This document shows, piece after piece, positions 29,216-39,488 of a stretch of DNA of 64,000 nt (the first letter of the stretch is position 1; every line of letters begins with the position of its first letter). Where the stretch lies: NCBI GenBank assembly GCA_963841435.1, contig CAWJCS010000004.1, positions 320,001 to 384,000 on the forward strand, in the 5' to 3' direction. The notes under the pieces were generated by a model that saw nothing but the letters and a program-made list of their open reading frames with translations, did not search any database and had not been told where the DNA came from. The stretch is from an uncultured delta proteobacterium (GTDB lineage: Bacteria > Myxococcota_A > Polyangia > Polyangiales > Polyangiaceae). The translations under genes were made by a program, and so were the position numbers.

Positions 29216-30514
29216 GTGGCGATCTCGCTCGGGCTTCCGGACATGGCAGCGTCGGAGACGCTCTCGCGCCGGCTTGCCTGGCTCACCGCTGGTCGGCTGA
29301 TCTTCCTCACGCTCTCGCTCGCGCTGGTGAGTCTCTTTTACCTGCGCGACGCCGAGCTCGGCTCCATGACCTTCAGGGTGGGGCTCGCGCTGCTCGTCGG
29401 CGCGTTCGCACTCACGGGCATCTACTCCCTCTGGCTGCGCGTCGGACGAGCGTTGCCGCTGCTCGCCGACACGCAGCTCGTTCTCGACCAAGTCATCTGG
29501 ACGGTGGTGGCGTACCTCACCGGCGGCGCGTCGAGCGGCGCGGCGTCGTTCTACGGGTTGAGCTGCCTCGTCGGTGCGGCACTCTCGGGCTCGCGCGGCG
29601 CGGCGGTGGCCGCCGGCAGCGGCGTCGTCAGCTACTCGACTCTCGTGCTCTTGCTCGCGACGCGCGTCCTACCCCCACCGTCGGACCAGCTCGAGATCAT
29701 CTACCGCCTCACCGCCGCGGAGGTGCGCTTCTACCTCGCCGTGAATGCTCTCGTGGAGCTCGTCGTCGCGTTGCTCGCGGGAACGCTTGCCGAGCGCCTG
29801 CGCTGGACGGGAGGGGAGCTCGCGGCCGCCACCGAGCGCGCCAACCAGGCCGAGCGCATGGCGGCGCTCGGCCGGCTCGCGGCGGGCCTTGCTCACGAAA
29901 TCCGCAATCCGCTCGGCTCGATCGCCGGCTCCGTGGGGCTATTGCGCAGCGCTTCGGGCCTCACCGACGAGGATCGGCAGCTCTTCGACATCATCCAGCG
30001 CGAAACGGGGCGCCTCAACGACCTCGTGAGCGACATGCTCGATCTTTCGCGTCCGCGCCGCCCCGATATTGCCTCGGTCGACGTGGCTCGCCTGGCTCGC
30101 GACGTCGTCGATCTCGCCGGAGCCTCGGGGCGATCGGCCTCCGACGTCCGTGTTCGCTACGAAGGGCCCGAGAGCCTCACGGTGCGAGCGGACGGCGCCC
30201 AGCTCAAGCAGCTACTTTGGAATCTGGTGCGCAACGGTGTCCAGGCGAGCGGCCCGGGCGACGACGTGGACGTCGTCGTTCGGCTCGGACCGAGGGGCGT
30301 GGAGCTCGCGGTCGTCGACCGTGGAGCGGGCATCGACCCCACCGCGAAGGAGCGACTGTTCGACGCTTTTTTCACCACGCGGTCGCAGGGTACGGGCGTC
30401 GGGCTCGCGCTCGTCAAACGCATCGCCGACGACCACGGTTTCGCCATCGACGTCGAGAGTGACGCCGGCGAGGGGGCGGCGTTCCGCGTCTTCCTCGGGA
30501 CGCCCGTCGAATGA
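29216..30514 (+). CDS. pilS: PilS-like membrane sensor histidine kinase
   Basis: Multi-TM N-terminus, AHEIRNPL H-box, NLVRNG, DRGAG and FFTT..GTGVGL; lies directly after pilC. Confidence 0.75.
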   Translation: MAISLGLPDMAASETLSRRLAWLTAGRLIFLTLSLALVSLFYLRDAELGSMTFRVGLALLVGAFALTGIYSLWLRVGRALPLLADTQLVLDQVIWTVVAYLTGGASSGAASFYGLSCLVGAALSGSRGAAVAAGSGVVSYSTLVLLLATRVLPPPSDQLEIIYRLTAAEVRFYLAVNALVELVVALLAGTLAERLRWTGGELAAATERANQAERMAALGRLAAGLAHEIRNPLGSIAGSVGLLRSASGLTDEDRQLFDIIQRETGRLNDLVSDMLDLSRPRRPDIASVDVARLARDVVDLAGASGRSASDVRVRYEGPESLTVRADGAQLKQLLWNLVRNGVQASGPGDDVDVVVRLGPRGVELAVVDRGAGIDPTAKERLFDAFFTTRSQGTGVGLALVKRIADDHGFAIDVESDAGEGAAFRVFLGTPVE

Positions 30515-30603
30515 CCTGCCGCGCGTGACAGGCCTGGTGGCCGAACCAGGGCGGCCGAGAAATGCGGGCTCTGCCGCGAAGTTGGCGTCCGGGAACGCCG
30601 GCC

Positions 30604-30612
30604 TGATACGAT
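30604..30612 (+). promoter_or_regulatory. Extended -10 (TGA-TACGAT) 7 nt before ATG 30620; leaderless candidate
   Basis: TGn-TANNNT directly upstream of the start, with no SD. Confidence 0.5.
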
Positions 30613-30619
30613 CCGGCCG

Positions 30620-32512
30620 ATGACCCGGACACGGTCCTCGCCGGCCCGAGCAGCCGCGCCGTCGAGGGCGGGTGCCGAGCCCCCCGACGTTCGCCTCGAG
30701 GACGAGCATGTCCCGTTGCGCCTGACGGTGACGCGTGGAGCGCTGGGGCTCGAGCTCTACGAACCCGTGGCCGTCGGGCCTCTCGAGGTTCAAAACCTCG
30801 CGTTCACGCTGCCGCACCTCACGTTTCCGGTCAACCTGTCGGGCGGCGTGTCACGTTTTCGTCATCGACGCGGCGACCTGGAGCGCCTGTCACTCTGCCT
30901 GCCGTTCGATGCGCTCGCCCGGATCGTGACACCGAAGGCGCGCGCGCTCGTGCCGGGTGCGAGTCGCTCGATCGTCTGGGGTCGCGCCTACGGTGTCGGC
31001 ATCGGCATCCAGGGCTCGGGGTGCGCTCTCGCGTTCGACCTCTTGTGGGCTCCGAGCGGTCAGGATGCCCGCTTCGTCGTCACGCGCGCCCGCGGAGTCG
31101 GCCTGGAGAGCCCGGCGCTCGGTCATGCGCTGCGCGTCGCCGAGGCGGTGCTCGGCGACCTCGCGGAGCGGCACGGCCGCCTGCTCGTGATCCGCGCGGC
31201 CGGTGCCAAGCTCGGCAAAGCGCTGCTGCCCGCCGTCGGTGCTCGCGTCCCGAACGCGGAGCGCGTGCGGTTCGGCGACCTCACGGTGGAGACGGATCGC
31301 GCCCGCGTCGAGCTCGACGCGCAGATCACGCCGCCGGCGCTCGGTGCCGAAACGGTGAGGGAAGTCGAGCTCGCGCTGCTCGTCGCGGACGCCGACGACG
31401 CTCTCGTGAAGGGCGACGTCGAGGCGGCGAGGGCGGGCTACATCCACGCGCTCGAACGCGGTCCGCGGCAGCCCGAGGTCGTGCGCATGGTTGCGGAGAT
31501 CGACGCTCGGGTGCGCGGTCGAGGTGAGGCGGCGCTGGGGCTCCTCGTGGAAAGCCTGGAGGCCCGTCGGGCCGGGCTCGTCGGCGCCGAGTTGCTCGCG
31601 AGCGTCGGCGACTTTCCGGGGGCCCGCGATGCGCTGCGCGAAGCGCTGCACGACGAGCCGTTCGCGCCGCTCGCCGCGCTTGCTTACTGCCGCCTAGCCG
31701 CGCTCGAGAGCAGCGTCCCCGAGCGTCACGCGGCGCTGGACGCCGCCGTGGCGCGCGCCCCCGGCTTGCCCGAGGCGCGCTGGGCCCGCTTCGAGGCGAG
31801 GCTCGCGCGCGCTGACGTTGAGGGGGCGTTCGCCGATGCCGAGCATCTCGAGGCGGCCGTCTCCGGGGCCCGGGCGCGACACGACGCTTGCCAGCGAACC
31901 GCGCGCGCGCTGCTCGCCGAGGGCTACGTCAAGGAAGCGGGGCGGCTGTTCGAGCGCGCGCTGCGCTACGTTCCCGACGACGCCAGCGCGACGGCGGGGC
32001 TCGCGCGGGCGCTCGCTCAGGTCGGCAAGAAGGATCGCGCGGCGGCGCTGTTGTCCCGGGCGATCGAGCTCGGCGAGCGCCGCGGCACGATCGACGCCGA
32101 CGCGCTGCTCGATCTCGCGCGCCTCTTGGCCGACGATTTCGCGGATTTGCCGCAGGGCATTGCGCGTGCGCGCGCCGTGCCGGCATCGTCCGAGCGTGCG
32201 GTCGAGGCGCGTCGGCTCGAGGGCTTGTGGCGTAGCCGCCTCGGCGACGTCGCGGGCGCATCGCTCGCGTACGGTCGCATGCGCGAAGCGATCGAGCTCG
32301 GGGCCCGCACGGGCGACCAAACCGCGGTCTGGCTCGCCGAGGCGGGCGCCTTCGAGCGCGACGCACGGCGCGAGCCCGCGGCGGCCGAGCGGCACTACGC
32401 CCTCGCCATGCGTCTCGCCCCGCACGATCCGCTCCTGCTCGCGCGCTACCGCGAGGTGTCGGCCGAGCTCGCCGAGGTCCAGCGTCGGGCTCGCGCCACC
32501 GAACGCCGCTGA
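30620..32512 (+). CDS. TPR-containing hypothetical protein
   Basis: Ala/Leu-rich helical repeats (EAGRLFERALRYVPDD; AERHYALAMRLAPHD); GC3-biased frame. Confidence 0.7.
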   Translation: MTRTRSSPARAAAPSRAGAEPPDVRLEDEHVPLRLTVTRGALGLELYEPVAVGPLEVQNLAFTLPHLTFPVNLSGGVSRFRHRRGDLERLSLCLPFDALARIVTPKARALVPGASRSIVWGRAYGVGIGIQGSGCALAFDLLWAPSGQDARFVVTRARGVGLESPALGHALRVAEAVLGDLAERHGRLLVIRAAGAKLGKALLPAVGARVPNAERVRFGDLTVETDRARVELDAQITPPALGAETVREVELALLVADADDALVKGDVEAARAGYIHALERGPRQPEVVRMVAEIDARVRGRGEAALGLLVESLEARRAGLVGAELLASVGDFPGARDALREALHDEPFAPLAALAYCRLAALESSVPERHAALDAAVARAPGLPEARWARFEARLARADVEGAFADAEHLEAAVSGARARHDACQRTARALLAEGYVKEAGRLFERALRYVPDDASATAGLARALAQVGKKDRAAALLSRAIELGERRGTIDADALLDLARLLADDFADLPQGIARARAVPASSERAVEARRLEGLWRSRLGDVAGASLAYGRMREAIELGARTGDQTAVWLAEAGAFERDARREPAAAERHYALAMRLAPHDPLLLARYREVSAELAEVQRRARATERR

Positions 32513-32526
32513 GCGCGGCGCTCCGT

Positions 32527-33744
32527 TCAGGCGACGGCTCGTGCCGCGCCCTCGCCGACGAAGGCGTCGTGCCACGCAGCCTCCGCAGCGGCAAGCCCGT
32601 GCGCCGGCAAGAGCGCGCTCACGCGCCGCGGTGTGCTCACGAACAGCGCCGGCGTCTCCGGCAAAAGCCCACACGCTTCGGCGACGCGCCGCGGATCGGT
32701 CCCGACGTGAAGCCCGACGAGGCTCACCTGCCCGAGGTTCTCGAAGAGCTCGATGCCGGGCGGCCCCGAGCAGAGCTTCGCGCGGTGCTCGGCGAAATCG
32801 GGGGCGCTCGTGAGCGAAAAGCTCACCATCAGGTGCTCGCCCTCGAGCACCGTGTCGCGCAGCTCGAGCTCGGCCGCGGCGGCCGCCGACAAGAGCTCCG
32901 CTGCGCGCTCACGCGGCGCCCTCAAAAGCGCGACCCCTCGGTCCGCCACCACGGCGCAGAGGGGGCGGGCTCCGCCGCGCTCGCCGACGAGCGTCTCGCG
33001 GCCGCCCGCGCCGTGCACGAAGTCTGCCGTGCGGCGCGCCGCCAGCACGACGCCGCTCTTCTTCGCCCACTCGACGGCGCGCGCGCAGAGCACCTTCGCG
33101 CCCGAGTCCGCCATCTCTTGCATCGTCTCGTAGTCGAGTGTCCCGAGCTGCACGGCATCGGGCACGTTGCGCGGATCGGCGCTGTAGACGCCGTCGATGT
33201 CGCTGTAGATCTCGCAGCGCTCGGCGCCGAGCGCCGCCGCCAGCGCCACGGCCGTCGTATCGGAGCCGCCCCGCCCGAGCGTCGTGATTTCGCGCCGGTA
33301 GCTCATGCCCTGATAGCCGGCCACGATCACGATGCGCCCCCGCGCGAGCTCGTCCTCGATGCGAAACGGACGGACCTCGATGATGCGTGCGTCGAAATGC
33401 CGGTCGTTCGTGATGATGCCCGATTGAGACCCCGTGAGGCTGACGGCGTCGCCACCGTGCGCGCGGATCGCGATCGACAACAACGCCATGCTGACACGCT
33501 CGCCGGTGCTCACGAGCATGTCGAGCTCGCGCCGCGGCGGCTCGGCGTGCCCACCCGCGGCGGCGAGACGCGCGGCGGCTCGCCCGAGCTCGAGCAAGCC
33601 GTCCGTGGTCTTGCCCATGGCGCTCACCACGACGACCACATCGTGGCCCTCCCGCCGCGTCCGCGTCACCAGCTCGGCGACCTTTCCGAGCTTGTCGAGG
33701 TCCGCGAGGGACGAGCCGCCGAACTTCTGAACGACGATCGCCAC
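32527..33744 (-). CDS. lysC: Aspartate kinase
   Basis: [31 protein letters not shown] and DGVYSADP motifs. Confidence 0.93.
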   Translation of the reverse strand: MAIVVQKFGGSSLADLDKLGKVAELVTRTRREGHDVVVVVSAMGKTTDGLLELGRAAARLAAAGGHAEPPRRELDMLVSTGERVSMALLSIAIRAHGGDAVSLTGSQSGIITNDRHFDARIIEVRPFRIEDELARGRIVIVAGYQGMSYRREITTLGRGGSDTTAVALAAALGAERCEIYSDIDGVYSADPRNVPDAVQLGTLDYETMQEMADSGAKVLCARAVEWAKKSGVVLAARRTADFVHGAGGRETLVGERGGARPLCAVVADRGVALLRAPRERAAELLSAAAAAELELRDTVLEGEHLMVSFSLTSAPDFAEHRAKLCSGPPGIELFENLGQVSLVGLHVGTDPRRVAEACGLLPETPALFVSTPRRVSALLPAHGLAAAEAAWHDAFVGEGAARAVA

Positions 33745-33800
33745 CCGCTACGATTAGCCGCTCTCGCCCTTTCGGGCCAAATCCGCCGCTCGAAGGGGTG

Positions 33801-35264
33801 TCAGTCGCCGGCCGGCGGCTCGAAGCGGACGAGACCGGCATCGCCGACGCCCGAAAGCCGCGAGCCGTCCCAGGCGAGCCGCTCGAGGCGACCGTTCTCC
33901 AGGCCGTCCGTCGAATCGTCGCCAGCGCCCTCGAGCGTCGCGATCACGCGTGGCTTCGGGTCGGCGACGAGGAGCTCGACGACGCAGGTCTGGTCCCGGC
34001 TCTCGCGATAGAGCGCCAGAAAGACGGTCGCCCGACCGCCCACGCTGCCCACCGTCGCCGCCGTGCACCCGGCGCAGCCCGCCACGGACTCGAACGTCTC
34101 ACCCGCGTCGTTCGAGACCGCGACGCCGCGCTCGGCGTCGGCGATCACGATGACGCGGCCTGCCGTCGCGAGCAACGGTGCCTCCCCGCCGGCGATGTCG
34201 CTCGCCGGTGGCACGAGCCTGCGCTCGACGAACGTCTTGCCGCCGTCGGAGGACACGCCGAGGGCGGCCCCGTCGCGCGCCAGTGCCGCGAGCGGATCGC
34301 CGGTCGGCGAGATTGCGAGAGCGGTGAAGGTGGGCTCGATCATGCGGAAGGTCGTGCCGAGGTCGTCGCTCCTCACGAGGCGCCCCGAGGTGAGCCGGCC
34401 GATCACGGCGGACGGGTCGTTCTCGAGCTGGCAGAGCTCGAGGCTCTCGATGGCGCCGTCGAGCTCCGCGGTGCGGCGCCAATCGGTCAAGCGCTCGACC
34501 TCGGTCTTCATCCTGCCGCGCCTGAGCAGGCGGCCGAAGGCCGTGACGCACAGCGCTACCGTGCGCTCCTCGCCGAGCAGGGCGACGCTGGCGATGCGCG
34601 TGCCGTCGAGCGCGATGCGGACGGGCGTGGCTCGCCCGGCGTCCAGCCACAGGAGGTCGCTGCTGCCCGCCACGACGGCGCCGCCGCCAAGGGCGAGCGC
34701 GCCGCAGCGCTCGGGAGCCGGTGCGAGGTGGGTCGCGCGCCACGGTGGTGACACGCGTGGCAGATCTTCGTCGTCCGCGACGCTCAGGCCACCGAAGCTT
34801 TCGAGAGTCGCGTCGAGACCGCCGTCGTCCGCGTCGAGATCCGGCAAGTCGCCCTCGCGAATGACCGCCGGCTCGTCCTCGATGCCGGTGCGGTCGTCCT
34901 GCCCCGTGAAGGACCCGTGCTCGCTGTGCTCGAGCGAGTCGCTGCCGGGCTCGGCGATGCCGAAGTCGTCGCCCTGCTCCACCACCTCCTCCTCGGCGAA
35001 GTCGGCATCACCACCCACGTCGAGATCGAGTACGACGTCATCCGCACCACCGTCGGGCTCCGACGGCAGCTCGACGCCGATCGGATCGGTGAGTGGCTCG
35101 TCGTCGTCGGCGTGCGTGGTCTCGTCGTCGAGGGGCGGCAAGAGATCGTCGAGCGCGCGATCGCGCGGCCCGTCGTCGTCGCCGTCGTCATCGGACGGAG
35201 GGGCCGGCGGGGTGCGCGGGGCTTGGACCGCTGTCATGGGAGCGTCGTCCCTTTTCGGGTCCAC
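33801..35264 (-). CDS. Protein with acidic N-terminus and Asp-box (BNR) beta-propeller
   Basis: About 170-aa D/E-rich N-terminus; three Asp-boxes SDDLGTTF, SSDGGKTF and SNDAGETF. Confidence 0.7.
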   Translation of the reverse strand: MDPKRDDAPMTAVQAPRTPPAPPSDDDGDDDGPRDRALDDLLPPLDDETTHADDDEPLTDPIGVELPSEPDGGADDVVLDLDVGGDADFAEEEVVEQGDDFGIAEPGSDSLEHSEHGSFTGQDDRTGIEDEPAVIREGDLPDLDADDGGLDATLESFGGLSVADDEDLPRVSPPWRATHLAPAPERCGALALGGGAVVAGSSDLLWLDAGRATPVRIALDGTRIASVALLGEERTVALCVTAFGRLLRRGRMKTEVERLTDWRRTAELDGAIESLELCQLENDPSAVIGRLTSGRLVRSDDLGTTFRMIEPTFTALAISPTGDPLAALARDGAALGVSSDGGKTFVERRLVPPASDIAGGEAPLLATAGRVIVIADAERGVAVSNDAGETFESVAGCAGCTAATVGSVGGRATVFLALYRESRDQTCVVELLVADPKPRVIATLEGAGDDSTDGLENGRLERLAWDGSRLSGVGDAGLVRFEPPAGD

Positions 35265-35332
35265 CGTCGTTCGCTGTCAAGGCCCGCGAAGCGCTGCCTG
35301 GTGGTTCCCTGGCTTGGGGGTATCGTGTGGAC

Positions 35333-35596
35333 ATGAGCGAACCACGTGCCGACGACCAGCCAATCGCGGAATCGCAGCACGGAAACACGGGCGAGCTCGT
35401 CGAGCGCAGGGTCCACGTTCGCGCGCGCGACGTCGTGCTGGTCAAGGGAATTTGCGAAGCGAGCGAAGGACTTTGCGCGATGTTCGCCGACCACGGTGGC
35501 GATCTCGTGCTCGCGGCACCTCGCTCACGCGCGCTCGAGCTCGACGAGCTCGTCGCGGATCTCGAGCGCGACTTCGAAGCGGTGGTCGAGCGCTGA
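35333..35596 (+). CDS. Small DUF4911-like protein
   Basis: RVHVRARDVVLVKGICEASEGLC pattern; TATCGT 6 nt before ATG. Confidence 0.6.
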   Translation: MSEPRADDQPIAESQHGNTGELVERRVHVRARDVVLVKGICEASEGLCAMFADHGGDLVLAAPRSRALELDELVADLERDFEAVVER

Positions 35597-35650
35597 CTCG
35601 TGGGGCACGGCCCCCAGCGCCGGTCGCGTCACCGAAACGTGCGCGGGTCG

Positions 35651-35679
35651 TTGCATGACGGCGCGTGATGCTTTAGCGT
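35651..35679 (+). promoter_or_regulatory. sigma70-type promoter (TTGCAT-17-TAGCGT)
   Basis: Canonical spacing, 10 nt before ATG 35690. Confidence 0.45.
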
Positions 35680-35689
35680 CTCGTCCGAC

Positions 35690-36409
35690 ATGGCGGAGCA
35701 GGGTACTGACGTCGTCCCGTTGGTGGAGCGAACACCGTTGCCAGGCAACGTCACGGCGGGCGTGCGGATGCGCACGCCGACCCCGGGGGACGAGCGCATG
35801 GTGGGCGCGTGGTGTGAATGGTTGGGCGCCCTGGCGACGGACGCGGAAGCCGCGCTCGCCACCGCGATCGCTTATCAAGAGCTGACCCCCGCGGGGCGCG
35901 ACTACTGGCTCGCCGTCCTGGCGCAGGACGAAAAGCGTCTCGACGTGCCGAAGATTGCCGTCTACGCGCCGCTGCTTGCCGTCGAGTCCGACCCGGCGCG
36001 TCGCGCGCGCATCAGCGTGGCGATGGGCCCGGTCGATCTCGAGGTCACGCCGCGCTTCGCGGCGCGCGGCCTGTCCGGTGTCGCGCCCGATGGCATGCGC
36101 CTCGCCGTGCTGATCACCCCGCTTTACCTCGATTTCGCGCAGGTTCTCGCCTGCGGCTACCGCGTGCACGCCGGCTTTGCCTGGGTTCGCCACGATCCCA
36201 TCCTGCTCGCTCGAAGCGCACCTCACGACGGCGATCATTTCGATGGGGTCGCGCTCGAAGATCGACCCATCAAGCACCTGATCGACGAGCTGGCGCACAC
36301 CGTGCTCGCACACCGTCGCTCGGGGCGCGAGCTGCCCGACGCGCTCCGTTCCTTCGCCGACCTGTTCGGTCCGGTGGGGGAAGGGTCGTCGCCGCCGCCC
36401 GCGCCGTGA
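35690..36409 (+). CDS. Hypothetical protein
   Basis: GC3-biased ORF with globular composition; GTGA overlap with the next gene. Confidence 0.7.
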   Translation: MAEQGTDVVPLVERTPLPGNVTAGVRMRTPTPGDERMVGAWCEWLGALATDAEAALATAIAYQELTPAGRDYWLAVLAQDEKRLDVPKIAVYAPLLAVESDPARRARISVAMGPVDLEVTPRFAARGLSGVAPDGMRLAVLITPLYLDFAQVLACGYRVHAGFAWVRHDPILLARSAPHDGDHFDGVALEDRPIKHLIDELAHTVLAHRRSGRELPDALRSFADLFGPVGEGSSPPPAP

Positions 36410-36915
36410 GCACGTGGCGCTTCGCGCTACTTTCGCTGCTCGTTTTTTCGTGCGGCACACGCGAGCCCGAGGCTCCAGCGGCGACGACGGCGAAGCGCTC
36501 CGCGCCAATCGTCTTCTCGTACGGCACGCCGGCGGGAAATGTCTTCGGCAGCCAGGTCACGCGCGGCCGCGTCACGGCCATCTTGTTCGTGACGACGTTC
36601 GATCTGCCCTCGCAGGTGATGGCGCGTCGGCTCGACGACGTGGTGCGCTATCACCGGCCGCGCGTCAACGCGGGCGCCGTCGTGGTCGAGGCGCCAAACG
36701 CGGCGCCACTCGTCGACGTCTTCAAGCAGACGCTCGATCTGCACTTCGAGGTCGCGTTGAGCGGGACGGGTGACGAGCACGACGGACCGTTCGGGAGCAT
36801 CGACCGCGTGCCGACGCTCGTCGTGCTCGACGCGCGTGGCCGCGAGACGTTCCGGGCCTCGGGCGTGCTCGAGCCGAGCGCGATCGACGACGCTCTGGCC
36901 GCCGCCGGGCGCTGA
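36406..36915 (+). CDS. Thioredoxin-fold (TlpA-like) lipoprotein lacking CxxC
   Basis: Lipobox LVFSC; RGRVTAILFVTTF and VPTLVVLDARG TlpA-like segments. Confidence 0.65.
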   Translation: MSTWRFALLSLLVFSCGTREPEAPAATTAKRSAPIVFSYGTPAGNVFGSQVTRGRVTAILFVTTFDLPSQVMARRLDDVVRYHRPRVNAGAVVVEAPNAAPLVDVFKQTLDLHFEVALSGTGDEHDGPFGSIDRVPTLVVLDARGRETFRASGVLEPSAIDDALAAAGR

Positions 36916-36997
36916 CACCGGACCGCAGGTTTCTCGGCCCAAATCGGCGAGGCGCGGTTTGGCGCCCCGGCGCGTCCCGAGGCGCCGTGGCGAGCCG

Positions 36998-37576
36998 TCA
37001 GCCGACGAGGTCGCGCGAGAGGCTCGCGATGGTCTGCGGCGGCAGCGTCACCTCCGCGCGGTAGGCCGCGTGCTCGACGCCGAGCGCGAAGTTCCCCTCG
37101 TGCGAGCGGAGCGCCTGCTCCGCCGCCTCGTCGAGCTGCACCTTGACGTAGTGAACGGCCATGGTCCGCGTCGGGTCGGTCCCCCGTGGATCCGGCCGCG
37201 CGAAGGTGCGGTGACCGTTTACGTCGAGGTAGAAGCGCCCCTCGACGCCCGCGAGCGCCGCGAGCATGCGGTCGCGCTCTTCGTCGTCGGTGTACTCGAT
37301 GAAAATCGTCAGGCTGAGCTCGCGGTCGCCCGGTACGAGCTCGTTGTACGTTTCGATCTCGTGAGCGATGCCGGCCTCGCTCGTGATCCGCTCCGTACGA
37401 AGCATCTCCTGGATCTGCAGGAGCGCCGAATCGCGGTTCTCGAAGAGCGCGGTCATGTTCGGGCCCAGCGCGACGTAGCGCGTTTTCTTTTCCTCGAGCA
37501 CGCGGCCGCGAAACGCTGGGCGCACGCTCTCGTAGGCGCCGAGCCCAAGGATCTCGGAACGTTCGATGGGCCTCAT
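36998..37576 (-). CDS. DUF3501 family protein
   Basis: LFENRDSALLQIQEMLRTE, YNELVPG and AVHYV motifs; lies downstream of the rubrerythrin/Fe-S oxidoreductase pair. Confidence 0.85.
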   Translation of the reverse strand: MRPIERSEILGLGAYESVRPAFRGRVLEEKKTRYVALGPNMTALFENRDSALLQIQEMLRTERITSEAGIAHEIETYNELVPGDRELSLTIFIEYTDDEERDRMLAALAGVEGRFYLDVNGHRTFARPDPRGTDPTRTMAVHYVKVQLDEAAEQALRSHEGNFALGVEHAAYRAEVTLPPQTIASLSRDLVG

Positions 37577-38886
37577 CCGTACGCCTCGGCCAAAAGCTGG
37601 ATGGGGTGGCGGGCCTCGAGGCCGTTTTCCTTCTTGATGCGGAGCGCCGCGAGGCTGCAATCGGTGACGACGTGCGTCTCGCCGTCTGCCTGTCCTTCGC
37701 GCACTTCACGGGCGAGCGCTGCGGCATAGCGTGCCCCCTCGGCGTAGTAGGCGGCCTTCATGCCCCAGGTTCCGTCCACGGCCGAGCAACGCTCGATGAT
37801 GCGCACTTCCGTGTCGGGTAGGGTCGAAAGCACGCGCGCGCCGGGCACGGCAATCTTCTGGGCGCGCAGGTGGCAGGCGGCGTGATACGCGAGCTTGCCG
37901 AAGCCGCGCGAATACTCGCGGTTCAGCTTCTTTTGGCGGCGCAGCCCGTCGAGAAATTCCATGAGGTCCTTCGTCGCGGCGGCGACCTTCTTGGCGGCGG
38001 CCGTCTCGACGTAGAGGGGCCACTCCTTCTTCATGGTGTAGCCGCAGGTGGGGCCGGGGACGACGATCGTGAGCCCGTCCTCGACGTACGGGAGAAGGCA
38101 GCGCACGTTCGCTTCCATCTTCCGGCGTGCCGCGTCGACGTCACCGCCGTCGAGATTCGGCATGCCGCAGCAGGTGAGGCCGGCGGGCAGCTCGACGGAG
38201 AAGCCGTTCTTCTCGAGGACGCGCGTGGCAGCCTCGGGCACGGCGGGGAAATTGTGCTCGCCGTAGCAGGTGGGAAACATCACCACGCGCCCCTCACGGC
38301 CCGCTTCCGGCGCGGGAACGTGCTCGGAGAAGAAGCGGGTGAACGAGCGTGTCGCGATGGGCGGTAGTGGGAAGTCGGCCGAGATTCCGGTCGTTTTTTC
38401 GGCAATCTTCCGCACCAGGCGGTTCGCGTTCACGAGGTTCGCGAGCCTCGCCTGCGGGCCCACCGAGAGCGCGCCGATCGTCGCGGGCTCGCCGAGGATG
38501 CGATCCACGAGCGGAATGCCCTCGTGCCGCGCGCGGACGGCCTTTTCGCGCGCCATCAGGCGAGGAAAATCCAGCGACTCGTAGGCCCCTTCATCGGGCG
38601 TGTAGGGACACTTGATGTAGCAGAGCTTGCATTGCCAGCAGTGGTCGCTCACGGCGCGGATGGTCTCGTCGCGCACCGTCTCCGCGCCCTCCGCGCGGCC
38701 CGCTTCGATGTCGCGGTCGATCGCCGCGAAGAGCAACGGGAAGGAGCCGCAGTACGTGACGCACATGCGGCAGTCCTGGCAGATCTGGAAGGTGCGCCGA
38801 AGCTCGGCCTCCAAATCGCGCTGGTCGAAGTAGCGGGGGTCGCCGGGCGCGAGCGCCGGTGGCTCGGCGGGGGCCCGAGCGGGCAC
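37573..38886 (-). CDS. Fe-S oxidoreductase (GlpC/HdrD-like, CCG domains; rubrerythrin-associated)
   Basis: CQDCRMC..YC and CWQCKLC.IKCP ferredoxin motifs, plus TCCG and YHAACH. Confidence 0.88.
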   Translation of the reverse strand: MPARAPAEPPALAPGDPRYFDQRDLEAELRRTFQICQDCRMCVTYCGSFPLLFAAIDRDIEAGRAEGAETVRDETIRAVSDHCWQCKLCYIKCPYTPDEGAYESLDFPRLMAREKAVRARHEGIPLVDRILGEPATIGALSVGPQARLANLVNANRLVRKIAEKTTGISADFPLPPIATRSFTRFFSEHVPAPEAGREGRVVMFPTCYGEHNFPAVPEAATRVLEKNGFSVELPAGLTCCGMPNLDGGDVDAARRKMEANVRCLLPYVEDGLTIVVPGPTCGYTMKKEWPLYVETAAAKKVAAATKDLMEFLDGLRRQKKLNREYSRGFGKLAYHAACHLRAQKIAVPGARVLSTLPDTEVRIIERCSAVDGTWGMKAAYYAEGARYAAALAREVREGQADGETHVVTDCSLAALRIKKENGLEARHPIQLLAEAYG

Positions 38887-38918
38887 TCGGCCCGGCTTGT
38901 CCTGCGGGGAGGGGCTCG

Positions 38919-39341
38919 TCAGTTGCCGAGCTCCTTGGACGCCTTCTCGAAGCGACCGGCGTGCGACTTCTCCGCCTTCGCGAGCGTCTCGAACCACTCG
39001 GCGATATCGGAGAAGCCCTCGTCGCGCGCCGTCTTCGCGAAGCCCGGGTACATCGTCTGGTACTCGTAGGTCTCGCCCGTCGCAGCGGCGACGAGGTTCT
39101 TCGCCGTGTCGCCGATCGGCTTGCCCGTGGCGGGGTCACCGACCTGCTTCAGGAAGTCGAGGTGTCCGTGGGCGTGCCCGGTCTCGCCGTCGGCGGTGTC
39201 CTTGAACAGGCCGGCCACCTCCGGGTAGCCCTCCACGTCCGCGACCTTCGCGAAGTAGAGGTAGCGGCGGTTCGCCTGCGACTCGCCGGCAAACGCTTCT
39301 TTCAGGTTGGTATGTGTCTTGGTTCCTTCGAGCTTGGCCAT
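38919..39341 (-). CDS. Rubrerythrin (short form, no rubredoxin domain)
   Basis: [29 protein letters not shown] and AEKSHA diiron motifs; 140 aa. Confidence 0.93.
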   Translation of the reverse strand: MAKLEGTKTHTNLKEAFAGESQANRRYLYFAKVADVEGYPEVAGLFKDTADGETGHAHGHLDFLKQVGDPATGKPIGDTAKNLVAAATGETYEYQTMYPGFAKTARDEGFSDIAEWFETLAKAEKSHAGRFEKASKELGN

Positions 39342-39488
39342 GGGATGAGGTGTACTCCGATGTGGGTTTCGGGGGACACACGTTTTTGTGCTCCTCGCGT
39401 CGCCTCGTCAAGCGGGCGTTCACTCGTGAATTTCGGCAAAGCGCCCAGGTTGTGGGTGGGGAAAATTTTGCGGTATGCTTTGCCTCAA

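Noticed and set aside
33745..33800. Lysine riboswitch upstream of lysC
   Set aside because: Only 56 bp are available, too short for the aptamer.
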